A DNA stretch of 64,000 bases, from the NCBI GenBank assembly GCA_035622755.1, contig DASPUU010000137.1, forward strand, positions 3,498-67,497, in the 5' to 3' direction. The notes under the pieces were generated by a model. That model was not told the origin of the DNA and did no database searches. It saw only the letters and a list, made by a program, of their open reading frames with translations. Within the stretch, counting starts at the first letter, position 1; each line of letters starts with the position of its first letter. This stretch comes from Myxococcaceae bacterium. GTDB lineage: Bacteria; Myxococcota; Myxococcia; Myxococcales; Myxococcaceae. The position numbers and the translations under genes are program-made. This document shows, piece after piece, positions 36,823 to 45,374 of the stretch.

Positions 36823-37364
36823 CCGACCCGGAGGAGGCCGTCCGCTCCGGGCTGGCCCGCTTTCACCTCGGGGAGTTCCACGGGGCGCACGAGGCCTGGG
36901 AGGACGGATGGCGAGCCGCCTCCGGTCCGGAGCGTGACCTTCTCCAGTCGCTGGTCCAGCTCGCCGCCGCTTTCCACCAGTGGAGCCGGCCCAAGCCTGG
37001 CGGCGCGGCGCGGCTCCTCGCCCGGGCCCGGGTCCGGCTCGCCACCCTGCCGAGCGCGCTCCTCGGCATCGACGTCGCCGAGCTCGAGCTGCGGCTCGCC
37101 GGCTGGGGAGAGGCGGCGGCGCGCGGCGACCCGGTTCCCGCCTCGCCGCGCGTGCCGGACGGGACCTCGGGGCCGCTGCCCGATTCGGCCCGGCGCGCGC
37201 GCTGCCCGTACTGCGGCGAGTGGGTGGAGGTGCAGGTCGAGCCCGTGGGCGCAGCCGAGGAGCGCTACGTCGAGGACTGCCCGGTGTGCTGCCGGCCCTG
37301 GACGGTGCGGGTGAGCCGCGACGGCGCCCGGGTCGGCGTGGCGCTCGGCCGGGAGGACGACTGA
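36819..37364 (+). CDS. DUF309-like domain fused in frame to a CPXCG zinc-ribbon-like module; start codon uncertain
   Basis: Frame reads ...GLARFHLGEFHGAHEAWEDGWR...LLQSLVQLAAAFHQWSRPKPGGAARLLARA (DUF309 pattern), then RCPYCGEWVEV...EDCPVCCRPW (CPXCG). No ATG/GTG/TTG in frame before GTG 37152. CTG 36819 overlaps the upstream TGA. Confidence 0.45.
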   Translation: MTDPEEAVRSGLARFHLGEFHGAHEAWEDGWRAASGPERDLLQSLVQLAAAFHQWSRPKPGGAARLLARARVRLATLPSALLGIDVAELELRLAGWGEAAARGDPVPASPRVPDGTSGPLPDSARRARCPYCGEWVEVQVEPVGAAEERYVEDCPVCCRPWTVRVSRDGARVGVALGREDD

Positions 37365-37573
37365 GCGCCCCCCCGGGGGCCGGTCGCACGGGAGAGCCCA
37401 CCCCGGAGCCGCTCGCCGGAGGCGGCGGGCCCTGCGAGCTCACGACGGATCACGGGAGATTTCGGCCAGTTGAGCCGGGAGGAACCGGCCCAGGGCCGTC
37501 GGCCGGGGCAGGAGGGCGCGCCGGCACCGGCCCGGCAATGAACGGCCCCGAAAGGCGTAGTGCACAGTCAGAC

Positions 37574-38074
37574 ATGCTGCGCACCGCTGCCCTTTCCGTT
37601 CTCCTTTTGGCCGCTCTCTCCCCGGGCGCCGCCCGGGCCCTCGACGTCAGCGCCGACTGCACCATCGACGCCAAGCCGGGCGACGTGGTGGCCAAGGGCC
37701 GGGACGTGGTGGTCGACGCCAACAAGCGCGTCAACGACGTGGTGGCCGTCGACGGCAACGTCACCCTCCGCAAGGGCGTCCACGCCAAGAGCGTCATCGC
37801 GGTGAACGGCTCGGTCACCCTCGAGGCCGGGGCCAAGGTGACCGGCAGCGCCATCTCGTTCGGCGGGAAGGTCAAGGTCGCCCCCGACGCCAAGGTCGAG
37901 GGGAGCCGGCTCGAGCTCGGCGACGGCATCCACATCAAGAACGAGGACGGCAAGGACGTCTCGCTCGACTTCTCCATCGGCGGCGAAGGTCTGGGTCAGC
38001 TGCTGGCCGGGAAGATCAGCGGCGCGGCACGCAACTGCCGCATCGTGGAGCAGCCGGACGGCGGCACGAGGTAG
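37574..38074 (+). CDS. secreted hypothetical protein with beta-solenoid-like V/G/D-rich repeats
   Basis: Signal peptide MLRTAALSVLLLAALSPGAARA (ATG 37538 is an alternative start). Repetitive ..V.A.G.V.V.. segments (DVVAVDGNVTLRKGVHAKSVIAVNGSVTLEAGAKVTGSAISFGGKVKVAPDAKVEGS). Confidence 0.55.
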   Translation: MLRTAALSVLLLAALSPGAARALDVSADCTIDAKPGDVVAKGRDVVVDANKRVNDVVAVDGNVTLRKGVHAKSVIAVNGSVTLEAGAKVTGSAISFGGKVKVAPDAKVEGSRLELGDGIHIKNEDGKDVSLDFSIGGEGLGQLLAGKISGAARNCRIVEQPDGGTR

Positions 38075-38084
38075 CCGCGTCGGC

Positions 38085-39821
38085 TCAGCGCCCGGGCGAG
38101 ACCCCGGGAGGCTGGTAGGGCGGGCTGACGACCAGCGCGGGCTCGAGCTCCAGGGCGACCCGCATCTCCGCCCGCGCCTTCTCCGCCCACTCCTCCTGAT
38201 GGCTCGGGCCGCCTTGCTCGATGAACATCGCCTGGCGCGTGTAGGCGGTGGCCAGCCAGGCATGGGCCAGCGCATAGTTGGGATCGAGCGCCAGGGCCTT
38301 CTGAAACTCGGCGATCGCCTCGAGATTCGTCCCGGCATCGGCCCCCTGCTCCGACCTCGCGGCCGCCGCCCACTGCTCGGCCTGGGAAACCCCGCGCAGG
38401 TAGTGGTCGTAGGCGTCCGGGCTGGACGTCGAGCCGCGCTTCAGGCGGGTGCCGTCCGCGGTGGTCAGCTTGAGGGCCAGCGCGCTGGCCACCTTCGCCC
38501 CCACGTCGCGCTGGACATCGAGCACGTCCTTGGCTTCGAGGTCGTACACCTCGGCCCACAGGTGTCTCTCCGTCCGGGCGTCGATGAGCTCGGTGGCGAT
38601 CCGGATCCGGCTCCCGACGCGCCGGACGCTCCCGTCGAGGATGGTGGCCACCCCCAGCTCGGATGCGATCTGCCGGATGGGCTTCCCTGCTCCCCGGTAG
38701 ACCCCGGTGGAGGTGCGCGAGAGGACGCGGAGACCGGGCACCTTGGCCAGCTGGATGAGGATGTCCTCGGTGAGACCGGCGCTGAAGTAGTCGTCGGCCG
38801 GGGAGCCGCTGAGGTTGGTCAGCGGCAGGACGGCGATGCTCTGCGGGTCGACGAGCTCGAAGGCGCGGGCCGGTCGGGAGCGGTAGGCGACGATGGCGCC
38901 GCCGGCGGCGAGGGCGACCACCAGCCCGAGGACCAGGCCGGTGGCGAGCCGGCGGCCGCGGCGCTCCAGCGCCGGGACGAGCTCGAGCGGGTCCGCGGTC
39001 CGCTTCCGAAGGTCCGGCTCCAGCGCGCGCCGCAGCGGCGCCGCCCACCCCCGCGGGACATCCTCGAGCATGCCAGGGTCCGGAATCCGCCCGGTGACCA
39101 TCTCGTGCGCGACCAGGCCCAGGGCGTAGACGTCCGTCCGCGGGCTCACCTCCGCGCCGGCGCGCTGCTCGGGTGCCATGTACGCCGGGCTTCCGACCAC
39201 CGCACCCGCCTCGGTGCCAGGCCATCCCGTGTCACCGCCCTCGGTGCGGGCGGGGCGGGCGATGCCGAAGTCCGTGACCACCGCCCGGAGCCGGTCGCGC
39301 TCGTGGACGAGGATGACGTTGCCCGGTTTGAAATCCCGGTGGATCAGATCCTTGGTATGGATGGCGGCCAGTCCCCGGGCCATCTGGTCGAGCAGGGGCA
39401 GCGCCTCCCGGGGCGAGAGCGGCCCCTTCCGCAGCCGCTCGGCGAGCGTCTCGCCGTCGAGGAACTCCATGGTGATGAACGCCAGCGGCCTCCCGTCCGG
39501 GCCGGGGCCCTCGTGAAAATCGAAGAGCCGGCAGACGTGGGGATGGGTCACGGCGCGGGCGAGCTGAACCTCGCGCCGCAGGCGCTCCAGAAGCTCGGCC
39601 CCGGCGCCGGTCGAGGTGCGGATCGTCTTCAGGGCGACGGTGACGTGCAGCCGGAGGTCGCGCGCCTCGTAAACCTCCCCCATTCCCCCGCGGCCCACGA
39701 GCCGCGCGAGCTTGAACCGTCCGAGCAGGACGTCGCCCGGGCACTGGGGAGAGACGTCGGTGGGTGGCTCCCCCCTCACCGTCCCGGTGACAGGCTCGGT
39801 CTCCCGTGAATCGTCGGGCAT
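38085..39821 (-). CDS. transmembrane Ser/Thr protein kinase, paralog 1 (short TPR tail)
   Basis: Kinase motifs GRGGMGEVY, VALK, HRDFKPGN, DFG, APE. One TM helix. Periplasmic IAVLPL.NLSGSP.DDYF...DGSVRR.GSRIRI...LIDA..E..LWAE.YD module. Only one short TPR-like stretch. 578 aa. Confidence 0.85.
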   Translation of the reverse strand: MPDDSRETEPVTGTVRGEPPTDVSPQCPGDVLLGRFKLARLVGRGGMGEVYEARDLRLHVTVALKTIRTSTGAGAELLERLRREVQLARAVTHPHVCRLFDFHEGPGPDGRPLAFITMEFLDGETLAERLRKGPLSPREALPLLDQMARGLAAIHTKDLIHRDFKPGNVILVHERDRLRAVVTDFGIARPARTEGGDTGWPGTEAGAVVGSPAYMAPEQRAGAEVSPRTDVYALGLVAHEMVTGRIPDPGMLEDVPRGWAAPLRRALEPDLRKRTADPLELVPALERRGRRLATGLVLGLVVALAAGGAIVAYRSRPARAFELVDPQSIAVLPLTNLSGSPADDYFSAGLTEDILIQLAKVPGLRVLSRTSTGVYRGAGKPIRQIASELGVATILDGSVRRVGSRIRIATELIDARTERHLWAEVYDLEAKDVLDVQRDVGAKVASALALKLTTADGTRLKRGSTSSPDAYDHYLRGVSQAEQWAAAARSEQGADAGTNLEAIAEFQKALALDPNYALAHAWLATAYTRQAMFIEQGGPSHQEEWAEKARAEMRVALELEPALVVSPPYQPPGVSPGR

Positions 39822-39883
39822 GGGGCCCCGCGGACGCCGCGGAGCTTAGGCCTCCGCCGGTGCGCGAGCCAGGACCCCGGCCG

Positions 39884-42265
39884 TCAGCGGACCTCGGCCT
39901 TCCACTTCTCCCACCGCGGCCGGAGCTCGCCGACCAGGCGGAGGAACCCGGGGTCGGAGCGGAGCGGGTCGAGGAGCGGGTCGCGGGAGATGAGCAGGTA
40001 GCTCGGCATCCCTCCCTGCACCGTCTTCCGCAGCCAGTCCAGCGCCTGGTCGAGGTGGCCGAGCTGCGCCTCCACCGCGGCCAGCTCGTAGGTGTCGTGG
40101 TGGTAGGTCGAGGCCTGCTTCGGCCCGCCGGCAGCGGCGATCTCGTCGACCAGCGCCTGCGCCTCCGCCCGCCGCCCTCGCAGCGCGAGCACCATGGCGC
40201 GCGCGATGCGGTCGTCCACCGGCTGGGGCGCCGGGACCTCCGGGTCGAACACCCGCTCCACCGGGTCCACCTGGTCGAGCCGCACCAGCGCCTTCCAGGC
40301 CCGGCGCGTGGCCTTGGGCTCGGGGTTGAGGGCCCGCGTCCGGGCCACCGCATCCTGCCAGCGGCCGGCCATCTCGTAGCCGGTGGTGACCAGGACGCGG
40401 CCGGCATCGCTGAGCGGGTCGAGCTCGAGGCCGAGCTCCACCTCGCGGAGCCCTGCCTCCTCGATGCCCCGGTGCAGCCGGTACAGCCCGAGCAGGCTGT
40501 GGCCGAGGGCGGTCGGCTCCAGCTCCTGGGCCTGCTGCACCTCGGCCAGCGCGCGGTCCAGGTTCCACCCACCGAGATGGCTGAACTGGAGCACTCCCTC
40601 GGCCAGGTGCGGCAATCCCAGCGAGGACTCGAGCTCCAGGGCCCGGGCCGCCTCCCGGCGGGCGCGCTCGAAGAGCGAGGCGTCGCTGACCTCGTGGTCG
40701 GCGGCCAGGTGGGCCAGGCAGTAGGCCAGCCGCGCGTGGGCCAGGGCATAGCCGGGGTCGAGCTGGAGCGCCTGCTCCAGGTCCGCCTCGGCAGCGACCA
40801 GGTTCGCCCGCCTCCACCACTGGTCCGACTTCGAGACGCCGCGCAGGTAGTAGTCGTAGGCCTCCGGGTTGGAGGTCGAGCCGCGGCGGAGCCGGGCGTT
40901 GTCCGCCTGGGTGAGCTGGAGGGCGAGCGCGGAGGCGACCTTCGAGGCGACGTCGCTCTGGACGTCGAGCACCTCCCGGGCGTCGCGATCGTACGTCTCC
41001 GCCCAGAGGTCCTGGTCGGTCCTGGCGTCGATGAGGTGGACGCTGATGCGCACCCGCCCCCCGGCCCGGCGGACGCTGCCCTCGAGCACCGTCCCCACCC
41101 CGAGCTCGGCGGCCACCTCGTGCGGGGGGCGGGACGTGCCGCGATAGGCCGACGACGAGGTGCGGGAGATGACCCGCAGCCCCGGCACCTTGGAGAGCTG
41201 GGTGAGGATGTCCTCGGCCAGGCCCTCGCCGAAGTAGGCGTCGTCCGGCGAGCCGCCGAGATTGGCCAGGGGCAGCACGGCGATGGAGCGCTGGTCGGCC
41301 GCCCGCCGGGGGTGCGCTTCCCAGGGGCGGCCGAGCGCAACGACCACGGCGGCGCCGGCCAGGGCGACGACGGCCGCCGCCCCGAGGCGAGCTCTCCTTG
41401 CTCGCCGCCCGCTCAGCGCCTCGACGAGCTCGACCGGGCCCAGGTACCGGCGCGATGGATCCTCGGCGAGCGCCCGGCGCAGCGGGGCCCGCCAGCCTCG
41501 CGGCACGGCACCCGGGTCGCCCCCCTCCGGGAGCTGACCGGTCACCATCTCGCAGGCGACGAGGGCGAGGGCGAACTGGTCGGCGCGGGCGGTCACCGGG
41601 CCGCCGCTCCTCTGCTCCGGCGCCATGTAGGCCGGGCTCCCGAAGACCACCCCCTCCTCGCCCTCGGTCTCGCCCCCCGCGCCCCCGGCCCGGCGCGCGA
41701 TGCCGAAGTCGGTGACCACGGCGCGGAGCTCGCCCGCCTCCTGGTGGAGCATCACGTTTCCGGGCTTGAAGTCGTGGTGCACCACTCCCTCGGCGTGGAT
41801 GGCCGCCAGCCCCTCGGCGATCTGCTCGAGCAGGGCGATGGCCTCCGCCGGTGCGAGGGGCCCCGCCCGCCGGAGCCGCTCGCCCAGAGTCTCGCCGTCC
41901 AGGTACTCCATGGTGAGAAAGGCCAGCGGCCTGCCGTCCGGGCCGGGACCCTCCTCGAAATCGAAGATGCGGCAGACGGCCGGATGGGTCACCGTCCGCG
42001 CCAGCTGCACCTCCCGGCGGAGCCGCTCGAGCAGGTCCGCCCCGCCGGCGACCGAGGCGCGCACCGTCTTCAGCGCCACGGTCACGTCCAGCCGGAGATC
42101 GCGGGCCTCGTACACCTCGCCCATCCCGCCCCGGCCCACCAGTCGGATGAGCTTGAAGCGCTCGAGCAGAACGCTCCCCTCCCGGAGGGCGGCCCCCGGC
42201 GTCACCACCGTGGGCCGGGTAGGCGCCTCGAGGAGCGCCTCGGTTTCGCGCAGGTCCTCCGTCAT
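39884..42265 (-). CDS. transmembrane Ser/Thr protein kinase, paralog 2 (non-RD: HHD), with long TPR domain
   Basis: Same architecture as paralog 1 plus ~300-aa TPR region. Catalytic loop VVHHDFKPGN (41771-41779). 793 aa. Confidence 0.85.
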   Translation of the reverse strand: MTEDLRETEALLEAPTRPTVVTPGAALREGSVLLERFKLIRLVGRGGMGEVYEARDLRLDVTVALKTVRASVAGGADLLERLRREVQLARTVTHPAVCRIFDFEEGPGPDGRPLAFLTMEYLDGETLGERLRRAGPLAPAEAIALLEQIAEGLAAIHAEGVVHHDFKPGNVMLHQEAGELRAVVTDFGIARRAGGAGGETEGEEGVVFGSPAYMAPEQRSGGPVTARADQFALALVACEMVTGQLPEGGDPGAVPRGWRAPLRRALAEDPSRRYLGPVELVEALSGRRARRARLGAAAVVALAGAAVVVALGRPWEAHPRRAADQRSIAVLPLANLGGSPDDAYFGEGLAEDILTQLSKVPGLRVISRTSSSAYRGTSRPPHEVAAELGVGTVLEGSVRRAGGRVRISVHLIDARTDQDLWAETYDRDAREVLDVQSDVASKVASALALQLTQADNARLRRGSTSNPEAYDYYLRGVSKSDQWWRRANLVAAEADLEQALQLDPGYALAHARLAYCLAHLAADHEVSDASLFERARREAARALELESSLGLPHLAEGVLQFSHLGGWNLDRALAEVQQAQELEPTALGHSLLGLYRLHRGIEEAGLREVELGLELDPLSDAGRVLVTTGYEMAGRWQDAVARTRALNPEPKATRRAWKALVRLDQVDPVERVFDPEVPAPQPVDDRIARAMVLALRGRRAEAQALVDEIAAAGGPKQASTYHHDTYELAAVEAQLGHLDQALDWLRKTVQGGMPSYLLISRDPLLDPLRSDPGFLRLVGELRPRWEKWKAEVR

Positions 42266-42344
42266 GGGTCGCCCCGCGGGCCTCGCTGGGCGCCCCCGGG
42301 CGGCGGGAGCATAGGCGTGGGGCGCGGCGCAGGGCCACGCCGGC

Positions 42345-44726
42345 TCAGGGATGGTCCGCCTTCCACCTCTCCCAGCGGGGCCTGAGCTCGGTCATCAGCT
42401 GCGCGAAGCCCGGGTCGGAACGGATGGGATCGAGCAGCGGATCGCGCGAGAAGAGGAGGTAGTTCGGGAACCCCGACTCGGCGGCCTTCCGGAGCCAGCC
42501 GACGGCCTCCGTCGGGTGGCCGATGAGCGACTCGGTGCAGGCCAGCTCGTACATCGAGTGATGGGCCCATTCCCCGGGCTCGAGCGGGTAGCCGCCGGCA
42601 AAGAGCTTCGCCAGGAAGGCCGCCTCGTCCTTCTTGCCGGCCACGGCCAGGATCAGCGCCCGCGTGGTGTCGGGGGTCTCGGGGAAGACCTCGTCCGGGT
42701 CAGGCGTCTCGGCCAGCGCCACTGCCTCGTCCAGGCGCCCCACCCGGAGCATCGAGGGCAGCCCCCGCAAGCGGTCGCTCGGTCTCTCGGCGAGCTCCCG
42801 GCTCCGGCTCAGCGCCTCGTTGAAGCGAGCGGTCCACTCGTACGCCAGCACCGTCACCAGCCGGACCAGCGTTCCCCGCGGGTTGAGCTTGAGAGCCAGC
42901 TCCGCCTCGCGCACCGCCGGCTCGAGCCCGACGTGGCCCATCACCGAGGCGGCCCAGATGTGTGCCGAGTCCGGCTCGAGCGCCCGGGCGCGCGCGAACT
43001 CCTTCATCGCACCGTCGAAGTCCCAGCCGCTGTACCGGCTGAAGAGGAGCTGGCCCAGAGCGACGTGCGGCAGGGCCAGCCCCGGTTCGAGCTCCAGGGC
43101 CCGGTTCACCGAGCTCCGGGCCCGGTCGATCCACTGGGGATCCTCCGCGTCGTTGTACAGGCCGTAGCGCAGGTAGGCATCCCCCAGCTCGGCATGTGCC
43201 AGGGCGTAGCCGGGGTCGAGCGCGACGGCGTGCTCGAAGTCGGACATCGCCGCCCGCAGCTCCTTGCCCGACCCGTTCCCGGCATGGGCGACGCCCTTGA
43301 GATAGAAATCGTAGGCCTCGGGGTTGGAGGTGGTGCCGCGACGGAGGCGTGCGCCGTCCGCCTCGGTGAGCCGGAGGGCCAGCGCCGCGGCCACCTTCGA
43401 CGCCACGTCCGTCTGCACGTCGAGCACGTCCCGCGGGTCCCGGTCGTAGGTCTCCGCCCACAGCTGGCGCTCGGTTCCGGCATCGATGAGCTGCGCGGTG
43501 ATGCGGATGCGGCCCCCCGCCCGCCGGATGCTCCCCTCGAGGAGCGTGCCCACCCCGAGCTCCTGGGCGATCTCCCGGAGCGGTCGGGTGGTTCCCTTGT
43601 AGGGCCGGGTCGAGCCGCGGGCGATGACGTGCAGCGTGCGCATCTTGGTGAGCTGGGTGTTGATGTCCTCGGTCAGCCCGTCCCCGAAGTAGTCGCTGTC
43701 CGGGCCGCCACCGAGGTTGGCCAGGGGAAGCACGGCGATGGCCAGGCGGTCCGCCCGCGGCGTGCGGCCACGCAAGGCCATGGTGACTGCACCGGCCGCG
43801 ACCAGCGCCACGGCCAGGGTGACGCCCGCCGCCAGCCGGCGGCGGCGGCGCTTGCCGCCCTCGAGGGTGGCCACCAGCGCCCGCGGGTCGGCGGGTCGCC
43901 TCTCCGGATCCGCGTCGAGGGCCCGGCGCAGCGCCGGGGCCCAGGCCCGCGGGACGTGGTCGAGGACCCCGCTCTCCGAGGGAAGCCGGCCGCTCACCAT
44001 CTCGCAGGCGACCAGGGCCAGCGCGTGGATGTCGGTCCGGGCGGTCACCTCGCTCCCCTGCCGCTGCTCGGGCGACATGTAGGCCGGACTCCCGATGACC
44101 GCCCCCTCCTCGGTGCCCACCCAGCCGGTGTGGTTGCCGCTGCCCCGGGCGGCGCGCGCGATGCCGAAGTCGGTCACCACCGCCCGGAGCTCGCCCCCCT
44201 CGTGCACGAGCATCACGTTTCCGGGCTTGAAGTCGCGGTGGATGAGCCCCCGGGCGTGGATGGCGGCCAGGCCCTCGGCCATCTGCTCCAGCAGCGGGAT
44301 GGCCTCCCGGGGAGGGAGCGGGGCGGAGGCGAGTCGCTCGGCGAGCGTCTCGCCGTCGAGGTACTCCATGGTGACGAAGGCGACCGGCTTCTCGTCCGGC
44401 CCGGAGCCCTCGTGGAAATCGAAGACGCGGCAGACGTTCGGATGGGTCACGACCCGGGCGAGCTGCACCTCGCGCCGGAGGCGTTCCAGCAGCTCGGGGG
44501 CGGCGGTGGACGAGGTCCGCACCGTCTTCAGGGCGACGGTGGCGTGCAGCCGGAGGTCGCGCGCCTCGTACACCTCGCCCATCCCGCCCTGGCCGACGAG
44601 GCGGAGGAGCTTGAAGCGCTCGAGGAGGACCTCACCCTCGCGCAGCGTCGAGGAGGACGGCGCGGGTGTTCCCGACGACTGGACGGTGTCGCCCAGGGAC
44701 TCGGTCTCGCGCACGTTCTCCGGCAT
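42345..44726 (-). CDS. transmembrane Ser/Thr protein kinase, paralog 3, with long TPR domain
   Basis: HRDFKPGN, DFG, APE; TM; IAVLPLANLGGGPDSDYF... module; TPR region. C-terminus ...LLDPIRSDPGFAQLMTELRPRWERWKADHP. 793 aa. Confidence 0.85.
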   Translation of the reverse strand: MPENVRETESLGDTVQSSGTPAPSSSTLREGEVLLERFKLLRLVGQGGMGEVYEARDLRLHATVALKTVRTSSTAAPELLERLRREVQLARVVTHPNVCRVFDFHEGSGPDEKPVAFVTMEYLDGETLAERLASAPLPPREAIPLLEQMAEGLAAIHARGLIHRDFKPGNVMLVHEGGELRAVVTDFGIARAARGSGNHTGWVGTEEGAVIGSPAYMSPEQRQGSEVTARTDIHALALVACEMVSGRLPSESGVLDHVPRAWAPALRRALDADPERRPADPRALVATLEGGKRRRRRLAAGVTLAVALVAAGAVTMALRGRTPRADRLAIAVLPLANLGGGPDSDYFGDGLTEDINTQLTKMRTLHVIARGSTRPYKGTTRPLREIAQELGVGTLLEGSIRRAGGRIRITAQLIDAGTERQLWAETYDRDPRDVLDVQTDVASKVAAALALRLTEADGARLRRGTTSNPEAYDFYLKGVAHAGNGSGKELRAAMSDFEHAVALDPGYALAHAELGDAYLRYGLYNDAEDPQWIDRARSSVNRALELEPGLALPHVALGQLLFSRYSGWDFDGAMKEFARARALEPDSAHIWAASVMGHVGLEPAVREAELALKLNPRGTLVRLVTVLAYEWTARFNEALSRSRELAERPSDRLRGLPSMLRVGRLDEAVALAETPDPDEVFPETPDTTRALILAVAGKKDEAAFLAKLFAGGYPLEPGEWAHHSMYELACTESLIGHPTEAVGWLRKAAESGFPNYLLFSRDPLLDPIRSDPGFAQLMTELRPRWERWKADHP

Positions 44727-44816
44727 GTTGACCCCTGGGCCGCCGCCCCCCGGGCATCCGGCAGCATAGGCGCGGGGCCCCGTGCCGGGCCACGCGGGAA
44801 CCGGCCCACTCGCCGC

Positions 44817-45348
44817 TCAGCGGTAGTCGGCCGTCCACCGCTCCCAGCGCGGCCAGGAGCTGGACGAAGCCCGGGTCGGAGCGGACCGGGTCGAGCAGTT
44901 CCGCCATCTGCCCGAGCAGGGTGAGCGCTTCCTCGGGCGCCAGGCGTCCCGAGTGGAGTCGCTCGGCCAGGGTCTCGCCGTCGAGGTACTCCATGGTCAC
45001 GAAGGCGAGGGGCTTGCCCTCGGGCCCAGTCCCCTCGTGGAAGTCGAAGACCCGGCAGACGTTGGGGTGTGTCACCGCCCGTGCCAGCTGCACCTCCCGC
45101 CGGAGCCGCTCCAGGAGCTCGGGGAGCGCGGTGGAGGAGGCCCGGACGGTCTTCAGGGCAACCGTGGCGTGGAGCCGCACATCCCGGGCCTCGTACACCT
45201 CGCCCATCCCGCCCCGGCCGACGAGCCGGACGAGCTTGAAGCGCTCGAGGAGGAGGTCCCCCTCGCGGAGGGCAGCGTGCGAGTCCGGCGACCCGGAACG
45301 CGGGAGGGTGTCGTCGAGCGCCTCGGTCTGCCGGTCGCGGTCGGTCAT
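44817..45348 (-). pseudogene. internally deleted, frameshifted remnant of a fourth kinase paralog
   Basis: The N-terminal ~148 kinase residues (to ...LLGQMAE) are joined directly to the family C-terminal tail (LLDPVRSDPGFVQLL). The ancestral ending PRWERWTADYR-stop (TGA 44817-44819) is now in another frame. Track ORF 44632..45348 runs out of frame into paralog 3. Confidence 0.75.
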
Positions 45349-45374
45349 CCCGCCCCCCGACCGCCGATGGTAGC

